From an uncultured Verrucomicrobiae bacterium (GTDB lineage: Bacteria; Verrucomicrobiota; Verrucomicrobiia; Limisphaerales; JAFGQR01), in the NCBI GenBank assembly GCA_963788655.1, contig CAWBHS010000099.1:1-64000 (forward strand): 64,000 nucleotides of DNA. The letters run 5' to 3'. Shown here one piece after another: positions 1 to 10,770 of this stretch. Both the position numbers and the translations under genes were made by a program. The first letter of the stretch is position 1. Each line of letters begins with the position of its first letter. The notes below the pieces were generated by a model. That model saw nothing but the letters and a program-made list of their open reading frames with translations, was not told where the DNA came from and ran no database searches.

Positions 1-1113
1 GCACGAATTGGAGCGCCGGATTGTGCTTTCCCAATACGTGACGGCGATTAATTGCGCCGGTTCGACGCCGCCGCAGGAAACGGGTCTGGTTCAGAATAGC
101 TCGTACGGGAATTTCCATCTCGAAATGCACTGGTGGCACGCGGCGCACTTCGCCTTGTGGAATCGCCTCGAACTGCTCGAACGCAGCTTGCCCTGGTATC
201 AGCGCATCCTGCCGATGGCCCAGGCGACCGCCCGACGCCAGGGCTACCGCGGCGCCCGCTGGCCAAAGATGGTGGGACCGGATGGACGCGAAAGTCCGAG
301 CAGCGTCGGAGTGTTCCTGATCTGGCAACAGCCGCACCCGATCTATTACGCCGAATTGGCTTACCGGGCTCATCCCGACCGCGCCACGTTGGAACGCTAT
401 CGGGAACTGGTCTTCGAGACGGCCGAAATTCATGGCGTCGTATCCGGGTCTGGGATGCCGCGAATCAGCGCTACGTCTTGGGACCGGTCCTGATCCCGGC
501 CCAGGAAAATTATGATCGGCGCACCACCCTCAACCCCACGTTCGAATTGGCCTATTGGGATTGGGGCCTGAACACCGCCCAGCGATGGCGCGAGCGGTTG
601 GGCTTGGCGCGCAATCCGGAATGGGATCGCGTGTTGAAACATTTGTCCAAGCCCACGGTCAAGGAAGGTGTTTATGCCGCCATCGGACGCCGCCGTTCAC
701 CAAACGCCAGGATCATCCGTCCATGCTGGCGGCCTTGGCGTTCTACCGCTCTCACCGTTGATCGATCCCAACACAATGAGCCGCAACTTGACAACGTGCA
801 AAAGACCTGGGACTGGCCGCGGACCTGGGGTTGGGATTACCCGATGATGGCGATGACCGCCGCGCGCGTCGGCAAACCCGAAGAGGCCATTGACGCCTTG
901 CTGCTGGATACGCCGAAGAACCATTACCTCGCCAACGGGCATAATTTCCAACGCGGCAACCTCCAATTGTATCTCCCAGGCAACGGCGGTTTGTTAACGG
1001 CGGTGGCCATGATGGCTGCCGGCTGGGATGGGGCGCCAAAGAGGTCTGCGCCGGGTTTTCCAAACAATGGCCGTTGGAAGGTGCAGTGGGAGGGACTCAC
1101 CCCGATGCCGTGA
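1..1113 (+). CDS. Six-hairpin glycosidase-like protein (GH65-like), 3' part, frameshifted
   Basis: ORF 8..493 (PPQETGL, FHLEMHWWH, RWPKM, LIWQQPHPIYYAEL) continues in ORF 133..1113 (LGPVLIPAQE, NPTFELAYW, TWGWDYPMMAMTAAR, YLPGNGGLL). Frameshifts near 430 and 690-780; the gene starts before the window. Confidence 0.65.
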
Positions 1114-1510
1114 CCCACCCCTTATACGTGTCTAATCCATGGAGCCTTGGGCGGGCAAGATTGCATCGGTGATTCATCTTGGCCTAAGCTGCGCGGGTGA
1201 CCGAAGTGTCTCCATTGCTATCAATGCCTAAATTGGTCGAGGTTATCGGCGATTCGTTCGCGGTCCCCACCCACGCGTTCCAAGACCAATTGCGGCAAGC
1301 TGATCTTGAAACGGTTCGGGAATTCTTCGAGCGCGGACCCCGGCGAAATCACGCGATGCGGGTTCGGTTTGGTTTGGCCGACAGCCTGGCTCATCGTACT
1401 AATGGTAGCCCGAACCGCATTCGCAGCGCAAACAAGGAAGGACTCGATAATTGATCGTTCGCCAAGTCCCATTCTTGCCTTGCCCGTCGTTTGCCGTTAA
1501 GCATGCCGGC

Positions 1511-1999
1511 ATGAACGTGGCCATATTATCCGACATTCATGACAACATCCCCAAGCTGCAGGCGGCGTTGCGGCGCTGCCAGGAGGCGGAGACGCTGATT
1601 TGCTGCGGTGACCTTTGTTCGCCCTTTATTGCCAAGGAACTGGGCCAGGGATTTTCCAAGCCCGTCCACGTGGTGTTCGGTAACAATGACGGTGACCGCT
1701 TCCGGATTGCCGCGAACGGCGCGAAATTTCCGCACCTGAATTTTCACGGGGAATATGTGGAACTCGAACTGGGCGGCAAGACGTTTTCCGTAAATCATTT
1801 TGACAATATTGGCCGGGCCATAGCCAAAGGCGGTGGCTATGACGTGGTCTGTTTTGGACATAACCATCGTTTCGAAATAAGGAGGATGGTGCGGCGCCAT
1901 GATCAATCCCGGCGAAATCTCCGGCGGCCCCTGACAGGCAACTCGACCTTTGTCAATTACGACACCGCGACAGGCACCGCTACGCGAATAGACCTCTGA
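1511..1999 (+). CDS. Metallophosphoesterase, YfcE/MJ0936 family
   Basis: Motifs SDIHDN, CGDL, GNND and FGHNH. The NPGE motif lies in another frame near 1902-1919, implying compensating frameshifts. Confidence 0.85.
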   Translation: MNVAILSDIHDNIPKLQAALRRCQEAETLICCGDLCSPFIAKELGQGFSKPVHVVFGNNDGDRFRIAANGAKFPHLNFHGEYVELELGGKTFSVNHFDNIGRAIAKGGGYDVVCFGHNHRFEIRRMVRRHDQSRRNLRRPLTGNSTFVNYDTATGTATRIDL

Positions 2000-2111
2000 T
2001 TGGCCGAGCGGCAATGGAGTTCCGGCTTGGGGCGACAAGGCTCATAATTCGCTGATCAGGAACGGCGAAATGCCCTGGCGAAAAAAGTCTGAAAAAAATC
2101 CAATAATGGCG

Positions 2112-2141
2112 TTGACACCCTTGGTCTGAATCGGGTAAAAC
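2112..2141 (+). promoter_or_regulatory. Sigma70-type promoter
   Basis: TTGACA (2112-2117), 18 nt spacer, TAAAAC (2136-2141), A-rich upstream tract; sits 6 nt before a structured RNA candidate. Confidence 0.6.
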
Positions 2142-2147
2142 GGACGC

Positions 2148-2229
2148 GGTTCTGGTAACAGTATAAATACCTCACAGCAGGATCCCCATCCCCACCTCCT
2201 TGGCTGCTGTTGCCAGGGCCATTTTTTTA
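2148..2229 (+). ncRNA. Candidate small RNA (long closing stem, C-rich loop, U-tract)
   Basis: GGTTCTGGTAACAG (2148-2161) pairs over 14 bp (with G-U pairs) with CTGTTGCCAGGGCC (2207-2220), followed by ATTTTTTTAT. The interior contains CCCCATCCCCACCTCCT. No credible ORF follows. Confidence 0.5.
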
Positions 2230-2549
2230 TCTTTCCATACCGCTGGTAACGGTCCGCCTCCCCCCGCTGGCGTTTTGCTTGGACCGGGGTTTGATTGGCA
2301 ACTTATCCGCCCCTTTCCATAATTCGGCAAAACGACCGAACACCCTGAACCATAGAAACCGACGTGAGAAATCTCTCAGTTCTTGGCTAGTTTAGAAGTG
2401 AGTTTCCGCCGTCCGCTTCTCCGTCGAAAGAAGGCTCGCAGAGCATGCCGGCAAAAGTTGCCTCCCAAGTGCCGAACGAGAAGCTCGTTCAGCATGCACC
2501 GCGTCCGTACCGTTACATCGAAGCTACTGGGAGTTGGAAGCAAGCGGGC

Positions 2550-3884
2550 CTACGACAATCCTTTCACTTCCCAGCCTTTCCGGTAGGTCCGGCGGACAAA
2601 GGAATTGGCTTCCTCGACATTCGTAAACGCCAGTTTTTTGGCATTCCATTCCAACGTCGCGTGCGGAAACCGGGTGGCCACACTGCCCAAGAGTACGGAT
2701 TCTGTCAGCGGCCCGGAGTAATCGAAATTGGCCAGGGGCGGTTTGCCGTTGCCGCGGGCGGCTTCGAGGAATTGCGTGTAATGGTGCGGCGCGGTCACGT
2801 TGGGAATGTTGTAGTCCTGGTACTGTTCCTTCGGTAGCAGTTGCGGCATGGCAATGTGCGGGATGAGCATGACCCCCTTTGTGCCGATGAGGATCGAGCC
2901 CTGCCCCGGTATTTTTGTCCGCCGAGCAACGCCTGACGTCCTGCGGCGGGCGGGCATCGCCGTCATACCACGTCACCTTCACGGTCTTACCTTCGGTGAA
3001 CTGGGTCCCGGGGAACACGTAGTGGATCACCGCGTTGATGGCCCAATTCCATTGGTTGGGCGTCGGGCCCTCGGAGCGCACCGACAACGGCGCGGTCAGT
3101 TCCAGCGATTTGAACACCGGATCGTAAATATGGCAGCCCATGTCGCCAAACGTGCCGGTACCGAAGTGAGACGTTTGCGCCAGTTGCCCGGGTGGTAGTA
3201 GGCATTGCCGATGAAGGGACGCTCCGCGCACACGCCCAACCAGATATTCCAATCAAAACCGTCGGGCACCGGGTCGCTGCGGTCCGGACGCGCACTCATG
3301 TCGCCCCATTTCTTGTTGCTCCAGGTGTGGACTTCCTTGACCTTGCCAAGGGCGCCATCCTGCACCAGGCGCACCGCAGTCATGTATTCCCGGCTCGAAT
3401 GAATCTGGATGCCCATCTGCGTGGCGAGTTTCTTCTGTCGCGCAACCAGAGTTAGTTGCCGCGTTTCAAAAACGTCATGCGTGAGCGGCTTTTGACAATA
3501 CACGTGCTTGCCGAGTTGCAGCGCGGACATCGCGATCGGGCCGTGCATGTGATCAGGGACGGACACATTGACCGAGTCGAGTTGTTTTTCTTGGTCAAGC
3601 AACTGGCGCCAATCCTGGTAAATCTTGATGTTCGGGAACTGTTGTTTCCAGCGGGCGGCACGGCTGAGATCCACGTCGGCCACGGCGACGAGTTGGACGA
3701 AATCATGGTGGGTAATGGTTTCCAGATCGGCGCCCGCCATGCCGCTGCCACCAAAGCTGGCGTGAAACAACTTACCGCTCGGCGGAGCGGACATTAGGTT
3801 GCGCGTGACAAACGGAACGCTCAGCCCCGCGAAGGCCACTTGTTTAAGAAACGAACGACGACTGGTGCGAAATTGTGAATTCAT
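2550..3884 (-). CDS. Gfo/Idh/MocA family oxidoreductase with Tat signal, frameshifted
   Basis: N-terminal SRRSFLK twin-arginine motif, VPDHMH, HVYCQKPL, TQMGIQ, GTGTFGDMGCH. Split over ORFs 3096..3884, 2524..3252 and 2550..2966. Confidence 0.85.
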
Positions 3885-4067
3885 AAACTTCTTCTAGGCC
3901 GATTTGCGTTCCGGTGCAAACGAGAAATGAAGGCTGCGGGCACGGGTTTGCCGATAAATCGAACGTCGAAACGAGCGAAGGAACGGAAAAAGAGGTTCCG
4001 ATTGGCGTGCTTTGCCGTTCCATTCATCTCAGGGCGGGGCCAAGGCCGGAATGGCAACCTCCGAAAG

Positions 4068-4200
4068 TCGCGCCCGCGTTTGGAGTGCGTCCGGCTTGCC
4101 GGCGCAGTTGCGGTCCGTTTCTGGAGTTGCCTTCCAATGGCGACGCCCGGCACTTGCAGAGAGCGGGAGCAAGCTTCGCGCACTCCAAACGCTGGCGCGA
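4068..4200. repeat. REP doublet family A (CGTTTGGAGTGCG...CGCACTCCAAACGCTGGCGCG)
   Basis: Inverted-repeat pair; near-identical copies in the 24.9-26.7 kb array and at 27974-28123, 31383-31418 and 33828-33980. Confidence 0.85.
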
Positions 4201-4295
4201 CTCTCGGAAGCGGCTGCAATTTTGAATTGATGCTTGAGCATTGGCCGAGACTCACATCGGGCACTTGCAAACCAGTTCGCTCGGAACAACGCACG

Positions 4296-7200
4296 TCATG
4301 GCGCCAACAGTACCCGGTAGAAACGCGTGCCGGATGCCGGTGAAGTTCCATCCACCGCGGCGCCGGTCGTGTTGCTGGCGGTCACCTCCGCGGGCAGGTT
4401 CTGCCAGGCCGAATCGTCCATGGAATCCTTGAACTGCACTTGATAGGTGCGACCGGGTACGGCGCTCCAAAGCACGGTCGTGCTGCCGCTGCCGGGCGCG
4501 GTTACGGTCAGCACTTGCAGCACGGAGCCTTCGTTCGTCGGATCCGTGCCGGCGCGGAACTCCTCACCGTTGGTCGAACCATCGCTGTCAAAGTCCCCTG
4601 CCCCGTCGTGATCCAAATTCTTGAAATACGCGATTTCCCAATCGTCATCCAGGCCGTCGGCATCGGTATCTTGTCCACCCAACTGCAACACGAACACGTC
4701 GCGCGTGCCGTTGTAGTCGTGAGGAATCAAGTCGCTGGCGAAGCTCTGGAACACCACCGTGCGGCCATTAGCCGCCAGGATGGGTTGGGTGGACGCACCG
4801 TTGCCGGGGCCCGTGCCATGGTAGTTCATACTGGCGAGCAAGGTGGTGCCGAGCCATAGGTCTCGCACGAAGATGTCGCTGGCGTGGTTGGTATCGTTCA
4901 ACACAAGGTTGTCCGCCCGACTGGCAAAGACCACATACCGGCCATCCGCGCTGATCGAGGCGGCCACGGAATCGCCGTTGACGCCCTGGCCCGAAAGGCC
5001 GCGGCTGACCAAATCGGTCGTGCCGCTCTCGAGATCGGCCACCATGATGTTCGTCGGTCCGGGGCGATTAACGGGCGTCTGATACGTTACGTAACGCCCG
5101 TCGCTGCTGATGCTGGGGGTTTCGCCGTGGGAGGTTGCCAGGGTGGTGGTTTGGGCAACCAAATCGCGAATGGTTATCATGCGCGATCCGCTGACAAACA
5201 CAACATGTCGGGAATCGGCGCTGAACATCGCCTCCCGTAAGTAACCCCAGGTGGTTTGGCCCTCCGGTCCAATGCTGATCAGCGTCGTGGTTTGCTTAAC
5301 CAGGTCGCGGGCATACAGACTGAACACGCCCGCCGGTGTGTCCGCCGTAACATACGAAGCCGCCGTGGCAAACAGAAGCCAATGGCCATCCGGGCTGAAC
5401 AGACAATTGGTGGCGGAATCATCCCAAAGTCCGTCTCCATACCAGTCCTGGCTGATCAGCGCATTCGTGCCCGTCCGCATGTCGCGAAGATAGACGTTGT
5501 AGTAATTATCGTAACCGCCATAAGCCCCGGCACCAAATCGCCGACATCGGCGTCGCAGCAAAAAGCCACGCACCGGCCATCCGGGCTGACCACCGGTGAA
5601 CGACAGCCCTCCAGCGGATTGCCGGCGGAATCGGCGTTCACCAACAGCGCCTGACCAGTGTCAAAGTCGTACCAATAGACATCCCCGGGATTCGATATTG
5701 TCACGTAGTAATGATAGGCATATCGTAACATCGTAATTGTGCCAAAGAAGGCTGCGGCTTCGCCATGCGCGCTTAAGTCAAGTTGCGAGCGAATCTATTG
5801 GTAACGTTAAAGCCGCCATTTTCATCGACGACTCAACGGCGTCAGCGAACCGGTGCCCACGTCCTGTACGAACGCATCCTGCCACCCGTTAGTGTCGCCG
5901 GGTGCCAGGTTGCCATCCAGACTAACAAAACCGATCCGCTTGCCGTCGGCTGAAATGGCGCCGACTTCGCGAGCACTCAGGGCGGAACCAGTGACGCAGG
6001 CCAACGCGGGATCGCGCGCGGAAACCAACCGAGTTGCGCCCGCAGTCACCTCGCAAACAAAGACATCTTCCATCCCGTTCAAATCGTCGGCCACCAGACG
6101 GTCGTCACTTGACGAAAAGGCCACCCAGCGACCGTCCGGGCTGAGCGAGGGAAGGGCAACGTCCAAATGCACCGCCCCGGGCCGGCCGTCATCGTCGGCG
6201 CTGACCAGAGTCGTGACGTCATGTTCCAAATCTCGCTGGTAGATTTGCCAGACACCGTTGATTCCGCCGTCCACCAGATTCGTCGCTGAGCTCAGGAACA
6301 CGACCCGGAGTCCGTTTGGTGTCATCAGCGGAGCTCGCGCCGCGGCACTCGCTGAATTGGTGCCGTCGGTAGCCACACTGACGAGCACGTTCGAGCCGGT
6401 GTCCCGGTCCCAGTGATACACCTGGTTGGTGCTTTCGTAAGCCACGAAACGTCCATCGGCGCTGAGTTGCGGCCAGGAATCCGCCGCCGTTTCCCGCGTG
6501 AGCACAGTGCTGACGCCCGTCAGCAAATCGTGGTGGACGAACAAAATCTCATTGGTCACTCCGATGGCCGTTGCTTTAAAAGCCACGAAACGTCCATCGG
6601 CGCTGAGCGCCGGGCCAAAGCATTGATACCCGGCGGCGTCCGGCATCGCCGCGCCGACGTTCGTGCTGGCCCAAAAGGTTTGGCCGGCATTAAGATCGCG
6701 CACATAAACGTCACCCAAGCGGTTGGTCACGCCGGGAACCAGATCCGTGGCCGTGCTGACAAACGCAACGAATTTTCCATCCGGCGTCATCGACGCCTGT
6801 TCGGAACGGCCATTGCCAGTCGCGGTACCGTTGGCATTGAGGCTGATCAAGTGCATCGTTCCCGTTTGCAGATCGCGAGCAAACGCGTCGGTTTCCTGAT
6901 TGGTGTCCGCCGTTTCCACCAAATTCGTGGCCTGACTTTCGAAAACCACCCAGCGACCGTCCGGCGAAATGAGCGGGTTACCCGACAACGGACGGGTAGC
7001 CAGCGGAGACGGATTGGCGGGCGAGCCACCGTCGCGGTCCACGCTCACCAATTGGGTCACCCCGGCCACGAGATCACGCACGAACACGTCACTGGCCTCG
7101 TTGGTATCGCCGGGGATCAGGTTGCCGGCGGCGCTGGCAAAGACCACGAATTGGCCGTTGGACGACAGCACGGCCGAACTCGAGTTGGCGTTGCCGCCAC

Positions 7201-7619
7201 CGATTCCATTCGTGTTCACGCTGATCAACACCGTCGAATCCGTTTCCAGATCGCGCACGAACACATCCAGGAACAGTTCCAAATCGTCGTTGGTCACCAG
7301 GTTGGGCGCGTCGCTGACAAAGGCCACGAAGCGGGCGTTGGCACTGAGCATGGGCAAGTACGAGCCACCACTGGCGGCGGCATTGTAGCGGGCGGCTATT
7401 GGAAACCGGTTGAATGGTTTCGAGGGTGCCCGCGCTGCTGCTGACGGCAATCAGCGCGGTTAAAGCAAGATTTGAAAGTCCCAAAACCCGTAGCCACCAA
7501 CGTGAGGAGGTGGACTGTTTGGCCTCTTGGCGCTGGCGAATCCGCCTCCTTACGTCGGCGGCTACCCGTTTAAAACACGCTTTTAGAATGAGCGCAATTG
7601 GGCGAGGAAGTGTTTTCAT
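4296..7619 (-). CDS. Large secreted TolB/PD40-like beta-propeller repeat protein with TSP3-like Ca-binding motif and C-terminal FYRV tail, frameshifted
   Basis: Repeated S.DGR.VAF.S.A.NLV..D.N...DVFVRDL units in ORFs 5822..7450, 5456..5731 and 4296..5573; DTDADGLDDDWE..DFDSDG..NGEE..AGTDP motif; N-terminal hydrophobic signal in ORF 7089..7619. Confidence 0.75.
7490..7565. repeat. REP-like inverted repeat (GTAGCCGCCGACGTAAGGAGGCGGA type) inside the 5' coding region
   Basis: GTAGCCACCAACGTGAGGAGGTGGA at 7490-7514 and TCCGCCTCCTTACGTCGGCGGCTAC at 7541-7565 are imperfect reverse complements. Confidence 0.7.
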
Positions 7620-7640
7620 GAGCAGAGCGATGGTTGAGAT

Positions 7641-8474
7641 TCAATATCGCGGCAACAACACGTGGAAGGCCCCATTCTCGCCTTGATAGCGAAATTCCTC
7701 GTCCAGGTAACGCCGCAGCCCTTCACTCGAAGTCTGCTGGACATGCCCATCGGCGATCAGCAGGTTGCCGGATTGGCCGTGCAAGCCGGGCAACCATTCG
7801 GTCTGGGATTGCGGATTGTACAGGGTGCCCGCCATGGTGACCCCGCTGGAGCAGGAAGCGGGTAAATAGTCCAACTTCACGTTACGATCGCCACTGATGA
7901 ACAAGCGGCTTTGGCCGGGAAAGACATCCAGGCTTACAAAATAGCTCACGGCCCGGCTGCGCTGGTTGGGATTCAGGAAGCCGCCATCGGGCGAGGTCGA
8001 GAAGTCGCGGGCCACGCGCGTATCGCCATCGCTGGGACAGGCCAGAATTCGCGGCGTGACGAGTTCGTTGGAAATCCAGGCAAAATGAAACCACGTGTTG
8101 TTGATGTATGGCGACGCGGAATAAGTAGCATCAAACAGCCCTCCCTGGGAATTGGAAGTGCGAATTGGCAGTCCCTCGCCGTGGTCGTCGCCCCACAGGT
8201 GATAGGCCTGGCCAATCCGGCGCAAGTTATTGACGCAACTCACCCGATCGGTCTGTAACCGGTTCCCGGCCAAAACCGGTAACGCAATCGTTGCCAGGAG
8301 CGCCAGTCCGGTAAGCACAGCGAGCAATTCCAGGCGCGTAAAAGCCGCCTGTGGTTGCGAAGCTGGAAGCGGATCGCCACGCTGAAACGGCTTGCCGGAG
8401 CGGGTTTGCCTGGGATTTGGTGGTTCGGTGGCAATTGGGTGCCTGGCGAATGATCGAGATGATGAATGGTTCAT
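7641..8474 (-). CDS. Prepilin-type N-terminal cleavage/methylation protein with DUF1559-like region and H-X9-DG motif
   Basis: AFTRLELLAVLTGLALLATIALPVL hydrophobic N-terminus, CVNNLRRIG, CPSD and C-terminal HGQSGNLLIADGHV (exact H-X9-DG). Confidence 0.85.
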   Translation of the reverse strand: MNHSSSRSFARHPIATEPPNPRQTRSGKPFQRGDPLPASQPQAAFTRLELLAVLTGLALLATIALPVLAGNRLQTDRVSCVNNLRRIGQAYHLWGDDHGEGLPIRTSNSQGGLFDATYSASPYINNTWFHFAWISNELVTPRILACPSDGDTRVARDFSTSPDGGFLNPNQRSRAVSYFVSLDVFPGQSRLFISGDRNVKLDYLPASCSSGVTMAGTLYNPQSQTEWLPGLHGQSGNLLIADGHVQQTSSEGLRRYLDEEFRYQGENGAFHVLLPRY

Positions 8475-8500
8475 AGTTGGCTGGGGCCAGGAAGCGGCGG

Positions 8501-10426
8501 TTAGTACTGTTTTTGACGCAATCTCCAAAAGCGATTGCCCGAAGTTGGAAGACTGGCAGTGCATGGATTGGTCATGGGTTGAAGCTCCTGCCACGGTCCG
8601 GCCACGGACGCGGCCCATTCCAAAGCCCAGCCGCCGCCCGTCCATGAGAGCACGGCCGATTGATCCTGCCGTTGGAGATCGAGGGTTGGAACCGGTGTGG
8701 AAGGAAGGGATCGGCGCGGAGCCATTGGCGCTTGCAGTTCCAGGCCAAATACGACGTTTCGATCCGTGAAGTAGGGGTGAACCTCGGCGGCCAGCAGGTT
8801 GGTGCCGACCAGGAGATTGGTTACCGTGAAGCTGTTGGTGATGCAGACAACCTCAGTAATCCCGCTCTTGGGAGGCGTATCGTAGCTCACATCCCCCGTC
8901 GGCATATTGTAGCGGAAGATTTCCTGGCCATTCAGATAGAACACCGCTCCATCGCCCACCAAATGAGTCAATTGAATCTTGTCTTCCGAATACCATTCCG
9001 GGAGAACAAAGGTCGTAGAGAAATAGTAAGTCTGCGCCCCCCCCAACGAAATAAACGTGTTTCGGGTTCCGCGACATAAATCGAATGCGTGCGTCGTGTT
9101 GTAAAAGACGCCGGGACGCTCCCCATACAGATAGGGATCGAGGTGATTGGTGCGCCATTCGGACGGTAGGGGCACCGGGTCTTCGGTCCAACGCCACCAT
9201 TGGTCCATGGGCACGAGAACCACATTGGTTTCGAACAACACGGGCACCTGGCTGCCGGGGGCTATCACATTGCCCTGCTGGTCCTGGATATTGCTCACGG
9301 TCAAAACATAATCGTTCTCCGGGACCAAAGTATCGGTTCGCAGGCGCATCAACTCACCCACCGGAAATCCGGACGGGCTGAGGCTTAGATTGGTTCCACC
9401 CACCTCCTGAAGTGAATAGTTGGAAGCCCGCAGGGCGCTGCTCACACTAACCCTCTCCGAAAAGCGCACCAGGCACTGCGAATAGGGGGGCGGACCGAGG
9501 GCAATGGCCGCAACAATACTTGGCCCCGTGCCATCCGGAAGGATCTCCACCTGAGCCACGCGGCTGGTGACACTGCCGCCCAGATTGGACACGATCAGAC
9601 GGTAATCTCCGGTGTGACTGACCGACGATTGGGCAACGCCGTATGCGGAGCCGGTCGCTCCCGCGAGGTTGGTGAACGCGCCTTGGCCGTTGCTTTTTTG
9701 CCATTGAAAAGACGGCTGGAAACCCGTGATTTGAGCGGCCAGCTTGAACGCTTTGCCCACCTCCGTGGTGGCATCCACCGGTTGGGAGACAATCACCGGT
9801 CCGGCGATGAACTGGTAACTGAGCTCCATTCCCAAAATGAGATCCGAGCTGTGGTAGGTGCCTTGATGGACCTCGACTGCGATCACATTGTCTCCAGCCA
9901 CGAGGTTGGTCGGCACCCACGTGAGCACTTCCACGCCGTCGCTGGATACCTCGCTGGCGCGATCCGCATAGGTCATCGAATCAAAATACCCGGCCGGCAT
10001 GGCGATTCGACCCACCGGGACGCCGTTGAGATAGAAAACCGCTCCGTCATCCACCAGATTTGAAGCGGTCATCAGGATTGGGGGCGTTGGATCGTCGAGC
10101 TGGAAATGAGTGCGGAAGCAATACGTGATGATTTCCGGATCCTCCGGCAAGACCGTCCTGACGCTGGCCCCGGCGAGAAAGGCTTCCGCGGGGAGGGGCT
10201 CTTCAAGTGGGAAACCCAGCACGCCCGGCCCGGACGCCCAAGCTGAATCATCGTAATCTACCTCCTTCCACGCGGCGCCAAAATTGTCCTGGTACGTGCT
10301 ATAGCTCCATACGGTGTCATAGGGGAACAACTGGATCGCAGCCTCGGCGGCTGCCAGACAACGGAGGGCACCCAACACTCCCATTGCTGTGATTAGTGTC
10401 CAACGGCGAAGTATCGAGTTCTCCAT
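8501..10426 (-). CDS. Secreted protein with two galactose-binding-like beta-sandwich (DDGAVFYLNG) domains, Ig domains and C-terminal FWRL tail
   Basis: Signal peptide MENSILRRWTLITAMGVLGALRCLAA; two W.Y...W...YDDS.W/YFR..F/DDGAVFYLNG/AVEVHQ-type domains; Ig motif PVIVSQP...FQWQK...GDYRLIVSN. Confidence 0.75.
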   Translation of the reverse strand: MENSILRRWTLITAMGVLGALRCLAAAEAAIQLFPYDTVWSYSTYQDNFGAAWKEVDYDDSAWASGPGVLGFPLEEPLPAEAFLAGASVRTVLPEDPEIITYCFRTHFQLDDPTPPILMTASNLVDDGAVFYLNGVPVGRIAMPAGYFDSMTYADRASEVSSDGVEVLTWVPTNLVAGDNVIAVEVHQGTYHSSDLILGMELSYQFIAGPVIVSQPVDATTEVGKAFKLAAQITGFQPSFQWQKSNGQGAFTNLAGATGSAYGVAQSSVSHTGDYRLIVSNLGGSVTSRVAQVEILPDGTGPSIVAAIALGPPPYSQCLVRFSERVSVSSALRASNYSLQEVGGTNLSLSPSGFPVGELMRLRTDTLVPENDYVLTVSNIQDQQGNVIAPGSQVPVLFETNVVLVPMDQWWRWTEDPVPLPSEWRTNHLDPYLYGERPGVFYNTTHAFDLCRGTRNTFISLGGAQTYYFSTTFVLPEWYSEDKIQLTHLVGDGAVFYLNGQEIFRYNMPTGDVSYDTPPKSGITEVVCITNSFTVTNLLVGTNLLAAEVHPYFTDRNVVFGLELQAPMAPRRSLPSTPVPTLDLQRQDQSAVLSWTGGGWALEWAASVAGPWQELQPMTNPCTASLPTSGNRFWRLRQKQY

Positions 10427-10770
10427 AGGCTTCTCAGTTTTGTAGTTTGGCAACCATCTGCACTCCGACTCGGCGAATCTGTTCCCGGCGCGAAAAGCCC
10501 AATCCTCTCCGGCTTGGAAACAGGAATTAAAAAGACTTATGGTTAGAAAATCGGATTCGTCCGCCAAAGTCAATTAAAAAATCCTTCCGGCGCTGCACCG
10601 CCGCTCGCGTCGAATGGCCAGTGCCCAATGGCCGATGGAGTATTGAGCATTTGTCACGCTGCACAACGGTTAGAAGTTGGTAATCCACACGAAACGAAAC
10701 AATTGCGGTTAATCCTTTGATGGGAGCCAGTAAGCGACGGGGGACGTTACTGATGCGACGGCCGGAATGG

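Noticed and set aside
3881..4351. Short ORFs over the family A repeat (for example MELHRH..., MKAAGT...)
   Set aside because: Translations are repeat-derived peptides (VAPAFGVR, SRTHSKRWR) seen at every copy, with no sign of a protein family.
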